A stretch of 19,246 nt of DNA from Halobacteriaceae archaeon (GTDB lineage Archaea; Halobacteriota; Halobacteria; Halobacteriales; Halobacteriaceae). The position numbers were made by a program, and so were the translations under genes. Positions within the stretch are counted from its first letter, which is position 1. Each line of letters opens with the position of its first letter. This document shows, piece by piece, positions 16,235 to 19,246 of the stretch. The notes below the pieces were generated by a model. That model was not told the origin of the DNA, ran no database searches, and saw only the letters and a program-made list of their open reading frames with translations. The stretch is from assembly GCA_042216675.1 (NCBI GenBank), contig JBDGTS010000001.1, positions 1 to 19,246 of the forward strand, read 5' to 3'.

Positions 16235-17686
16235 ATGGAGTACTCCGGTCCGACAGACCTGTATATCGACGGCGAATGGACTGCTGCGAGTAGCGGTGAG
16301 ACCATCGACACCGAAGACCCCGCGACCGAGGAGACGTACGCGACGGTCGAGAAAGCGGACGAGGCGGACGTAGACGCCGCCGTGGAGGCGGCTGCTGCGG
16401 CCGTCGACCACGAGACGGAGTGGCGGACGATGGACCCCGACGTCCGCGGCCAGTACATGCACGCGATGGCCGACGCCATCGAGGAGATGAAAGACGAGAT
16501 CTCGATGGTCGAGTCCCACGACAACGGGAAGACGCCCTTCGAGGCAGGGCTCGAAATCGACCTGGTGGTCGACACCTTCCGCTACTACGCCGGCTGGTCG
16601 GACAAGATAGAGGGCGACCAGATTCCGGTCTCGGACTCGCGTCTGAACTACACCAAGCGCGAACCGGTCGGCGTCACCGCCCACATCTCCCCGTGGAACT
16701 ACCCCTTCCAGCTGGCTGGCCGTAGTGTCGCCCCGGCGCTGGCAACCGGGAACAGCGTCGTCCTCAAGCCCTCCAGCATGACGCCGCTGTCGGCACTCTA
16801 CTACGCGAAGGCGGCCGAGCAGGCCGGCCTGCCCGACGGCGTCGTCAACGTCATCCCCGGCTCCGGGAGCGGTGCAGGGAGCGCGCTCGCCAGTCACGGC
16901 GACGTCGACCACGTCACGTTCACCGGGAGTACCGGCGTCGGCCAGACCATCCAGAAGGACGCGGCCGACAGCGTCACCGACGTGACGCTCGAACTCGGCG
17001 GCAAAGGACCGGCAGTCGTCTTCCCCGACGCCGACCTCGACAAGGCCGCACGGAGCATCCAGTACGGCATCTTCATGAACGCCGGTCAGATGTGCTGGGC
17101 GAACTCGCGGCTGGTCGTCCACGAGGACGTCGCCGACGAGATGGTCGAGAAGATGGCCGACATCGCCGAGAGCATCCCGCTCGGGAGCGGCATCGACGAC
17201 GACGGCCAGATGGGGCCAGTCGTCAGCCAGGGCCAGCAGGAAGAGATTCTCGACTACATCGAGACGGGCAAAGAGGAAGGCGCGACGGTCGCCGCCGGCG
17301 GCGGCGTCCCCGACGACAAGGACGCCGGTCACTTCGTCGAGCCGACCGTCTTCGCCGACGTGACGAACGACATGACCATCGCCCGCGAGGAAATCTTCGG
17401 GCCGGTCCTGTCGGTCATCGAAGTCGCGGACGAGGACGAGGCACTTGAGGTCGCCAACGACTCGCCGTACGGCCTGATGTCCTGCGTCTGGACCAACGAC
17501 CTCAGCCGGGCCCACACCATGGCCGACAAACTGGAGTACGGGATGGTCATGGTCAACGACACGCCCAACACGTGGCCCCAGACGCCGTTCGGCGGCACGA
17601 AGATGAGCGGGCACGGCCGTGCCCAGGGTGAGGAAGCAGTCAACGCCTACACCGAAGTCAAGAATGTCCACGTCAACCTGGAGTAA
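16235..17686 (+). CDS. NAD(P)-dependent aldehyde dehydrogenase
   Basis: 483 aa. EPVGV...PWNYP, VLKPS, FTGSTGVG, LELGGKGP (catalytic Glu), NAGQMCWA (catalytic Cys), EEIFGPV, PFGG.KMSG.GR. Confidence 0.95.
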   Translation: MEYSGPTDLYIDGEWTAASSGETIDTEDPATEETYATVEKADEADVDAAVEAAAAAVDHETEWRTMDPDVRGQYMHAMADAIEEMKDEISMVESHDNGKTPFEAGLEIDLVVDTFRYYAGWSDKIEGDQIPVSDSRLNYTKREPVGVTAHISPWNYPFQLAGRSVAPALATGNSVVLKPSSMTPLSALYYAKAAEQAGLPDGVVNVIPGSGSGAGSALASHGDVDHVTFTGSTGVGQTIQKDAADSVTDVTLELGGKGPAVVFPDADLDKAARSIQYGIFMNAGQMCWANSRLVVHEDVADEMVEKMADIAESIPLGSGIDDDGQMGPVVSQGQQEEILDYIETGKEEGATVAAGGGVPDDKDAGHFVEPTVFADVTNDMTIAREEIFGPVLSVIEVADEDEALEVANDSPYGLMSCVWTNDLSRAHTMADKLEYGMVMVNDTPNTWPQTPFGGTKMSGHGRAQGEEAVNAYTEVKNVHVNLE

Positions 17687-17942
17687 CGCACCCAGTCCCA
17701 ACGGACCGGCACCCGGTTTCAGACGGCGCGGAGCGGACCGGCGCGTCGACCCGGCCTGAGTACCGAACGGACGCCCCGCCGTCGCTGCCACCGGACGGAT
17801 ACTCACCCACTCGGTGACACGTTCGCCCGCCGAACGACGGACACCGCGACGAGAGCGGGTCCGAGGTCGTCTCGCTTCCACGGACACCAGCATCGAGACG
17901 ACGATGCGAGCGATTCTCCGCAGTGTATAAAATTAAGTATGA

Positions 17943-19232
17943 ATGCGCGAGAGTGTGACACACGTGACCAGTAACGACGAACCGGGACCCGAGGCCAGCG
18001 CAGTGACGGCGGTCTCCCAGGAGGTGGCGTTCGCCGTCGACGGAGATGGCACCGTCGCCGACGCGAGCGAGCGGTTCTGGACGGCGACGGGACTCTCCCG
18101 TGACGACGTGCTCGGCGCCGACCTCGCGGCACTGGAAGAACTCGTCGCCGAGGGACTGGTCCGGTTGCGTGCAGCGGTCGACGCCGTCGTGCGCGGACGA
18201 GTGAGCTACGAGCGAGCGAAACTGGCCCTGGCCGCCGGGTCGGAGTCGGACTCCCGGACGACGGCCGTGACGGCGAGAGTGACGCCGCTGGTCGACGAGG
18301 GCACTGTCCGTGGTGCGCTGGTCATCCTCGAATACGACGCCGACGAATCTCGGCGGGAACGGGAACTGGCCGAAACCTATCAGCGGTACGAGACGCTAGT
18401 GGAACAGAGTAAAGATGGCGTGACTATCACGCAGGACCGGAAGAACGTCTTCGTCAACGACAGATTCGCCGAGATGGTGGGGTATCCCAAAGCGGACCTC
18501 GTGGGGGAGTCGTTCCTCAAACCCATCACGCCGGCGGATCACGAGACCGTCGAGCGACGCTACAGGCGCCGGATACGCGGCGAACACCCGCCGAGCAGGT
18601 ACGAACTCGGGCTGGAGACGAACGACGGTGAGAGGCTGACGGTGGAGGTGAACGTCAACCGGATTCGGTACAGTGGCGAGCAGGCGACGATGGCGACGTA
18701 CCGGAACATCACCGCACGGAAACAACGAGAGGAAGAACTGACCCGGTTCCGACGGGCCATCGAGACAGCCCCGCACGCGATATATCTCACGGAGACGGAC
18801 GGCACGATTACCTACGTCAACCCGGCCTTCGAGGAGGTTACCGGGTACTCGCGGGGCGAGGCGCTGGGCCGGACGCCAGCGATTCTCAACTCGGGCAAGG
18901 TGCCCGAGACGGTCTACGAGGAGATGTGGGACACCATCAGTTCCGGGACGGTGTGGGAAGGCTATCTCGTCAATCGGCGCGCGTCCGGCAAGCTGTATCA
19001 CAGCCACCAGACGGTCGCCCCCATCACCGACGCGGACGGTGCCGTCCAGAGCTACGTGGCCATCCAGACTGACGTCACCGAGCGAATCGAGCGCGAACGA
19101 CTGGTCGATTCGCTCGACCACGTCCTCAGGCACAACCTGCGGAACGAACTCAACGTCATCGAAGGGGTCGCGTCTCAGAACCGTTTAGACTTCGCTCGTG
19201 ACGAGAAGGTCGTTGAGGCACTCGACGAGTGA
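17943..19232 (+). CDS. Multi-PAS sensor histidine kinase, apparently truncated after the HisKA H-box (possible pseudogene or frameshift)
   Basis: Degenerate N-terminal PAS, two clear PAS/PAC domains (FVNDRFAEMVGY...RNITARK; YVNPAFEEVTGYS..EALG...QTDVTER) and H-box LRHNLRNELNVI, then stop 19230-19232 with no HATPase domain. The true start may be GTG 17964, given TATAAAATTAAG at 17926-17937. Confidence 0.8.
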   Translation: MRESVTHVTSNDEPGPEASAVTAVSQEVAFAVDGDGTVADASERFWTATGLSRDDVLGADLAALEELVAEGLVRLRAAVDAVVRGRVSYERAKLALAAGSESDSRTTAVTARVTPLVDEGTVRGALVILEYDADESRRERELAETYQRYETLVEQSKDGVTITQDRKNVFVNDRFAEMVGYPKADLVGESFLKPITPADHETVERRYRRRIRGEHPPSRYELGLETNDGERLTVEVNVNRIRYSGEQATMATYRNITARKQREEELTRFRRAIETAPHAIYLTETDGTITYVNPAFEEVTGYSRGEALGRTPAILNSGKVPETVYEEMWDTISSGTVWEGYLVNRRASGKLYHSHQTVAPITDADGAVQSYVAIQTDVTERIERERLVDSLDHVLRHNLRNELNVIEGVASQNRLDFARDEKVVEALDE

Positions 19233-19246
19233 CTCAACGAGCAGCG

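Noticed and set aside
312-17893. Long antisense or alternate-frame ORFs (e.g. 312..1541 +, 7159..8553 +, 8226..9461 +, 9536..10879 -, 16223..17893 -)
   Set aside because: These are shadow ORFs expected from high-GC codon bias opposite well-supported genes, with no recognisable domains.
17687-17942. GC-rich short inverted repeats after the ALDH gene (e.g. ACCGG-CAC-CCGGT)
   Set aside because: The stems are short and expected by chance at this GC level. A terminator is possible but not supportable.
1-19246. Very frequent GTCGAC/CGACGA words
   Set aside because: They reflect Val/Asp/Glu codon usage of halophilic proteins, not a repeat family.

Overview
High-GC haloarchaeal DNA (acidic proteins, leaderless TATA/BRE promoters) carrying an aromatic-acid catabolic island centred on an aerobic phenylacetyl-CoA (paa) pathway. 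From left to right: the right end of an IS200/IS605 (tnpB-type) element whose terminal TCAC supplies the stop codon of a ThDP enzyme gene; an EthD + ThDP-enzyme operon divergent from an IclR regulator; an 834-bp gap with no convincing ORF, holding five copies of an RTTCR-N3-A-N4-GAAY palindrome (a sixth is at the iclR promoter) and several hairpins; beta-oxidation genes (crotonase, 3-hydroxyacyl-CoA dehydrogenase, classical thiolase, archaeal thiolase + HMGS-like/DUF35 partner); paaK, paaI, a MaoC hydratase and a Bat-type HTH regulator; paaA-B-C, a split paaD, a GNAT and a 2Fe-2S ferredoxin; an aldehyde dehydrogenase; and a PAS sensor kinase that stops right after its H-box. No PaaE reductase domain, PaaG-type isomerase or fused PaaZ is visible in the window. 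All calls come from motif recognition by eye; no database searches were run.
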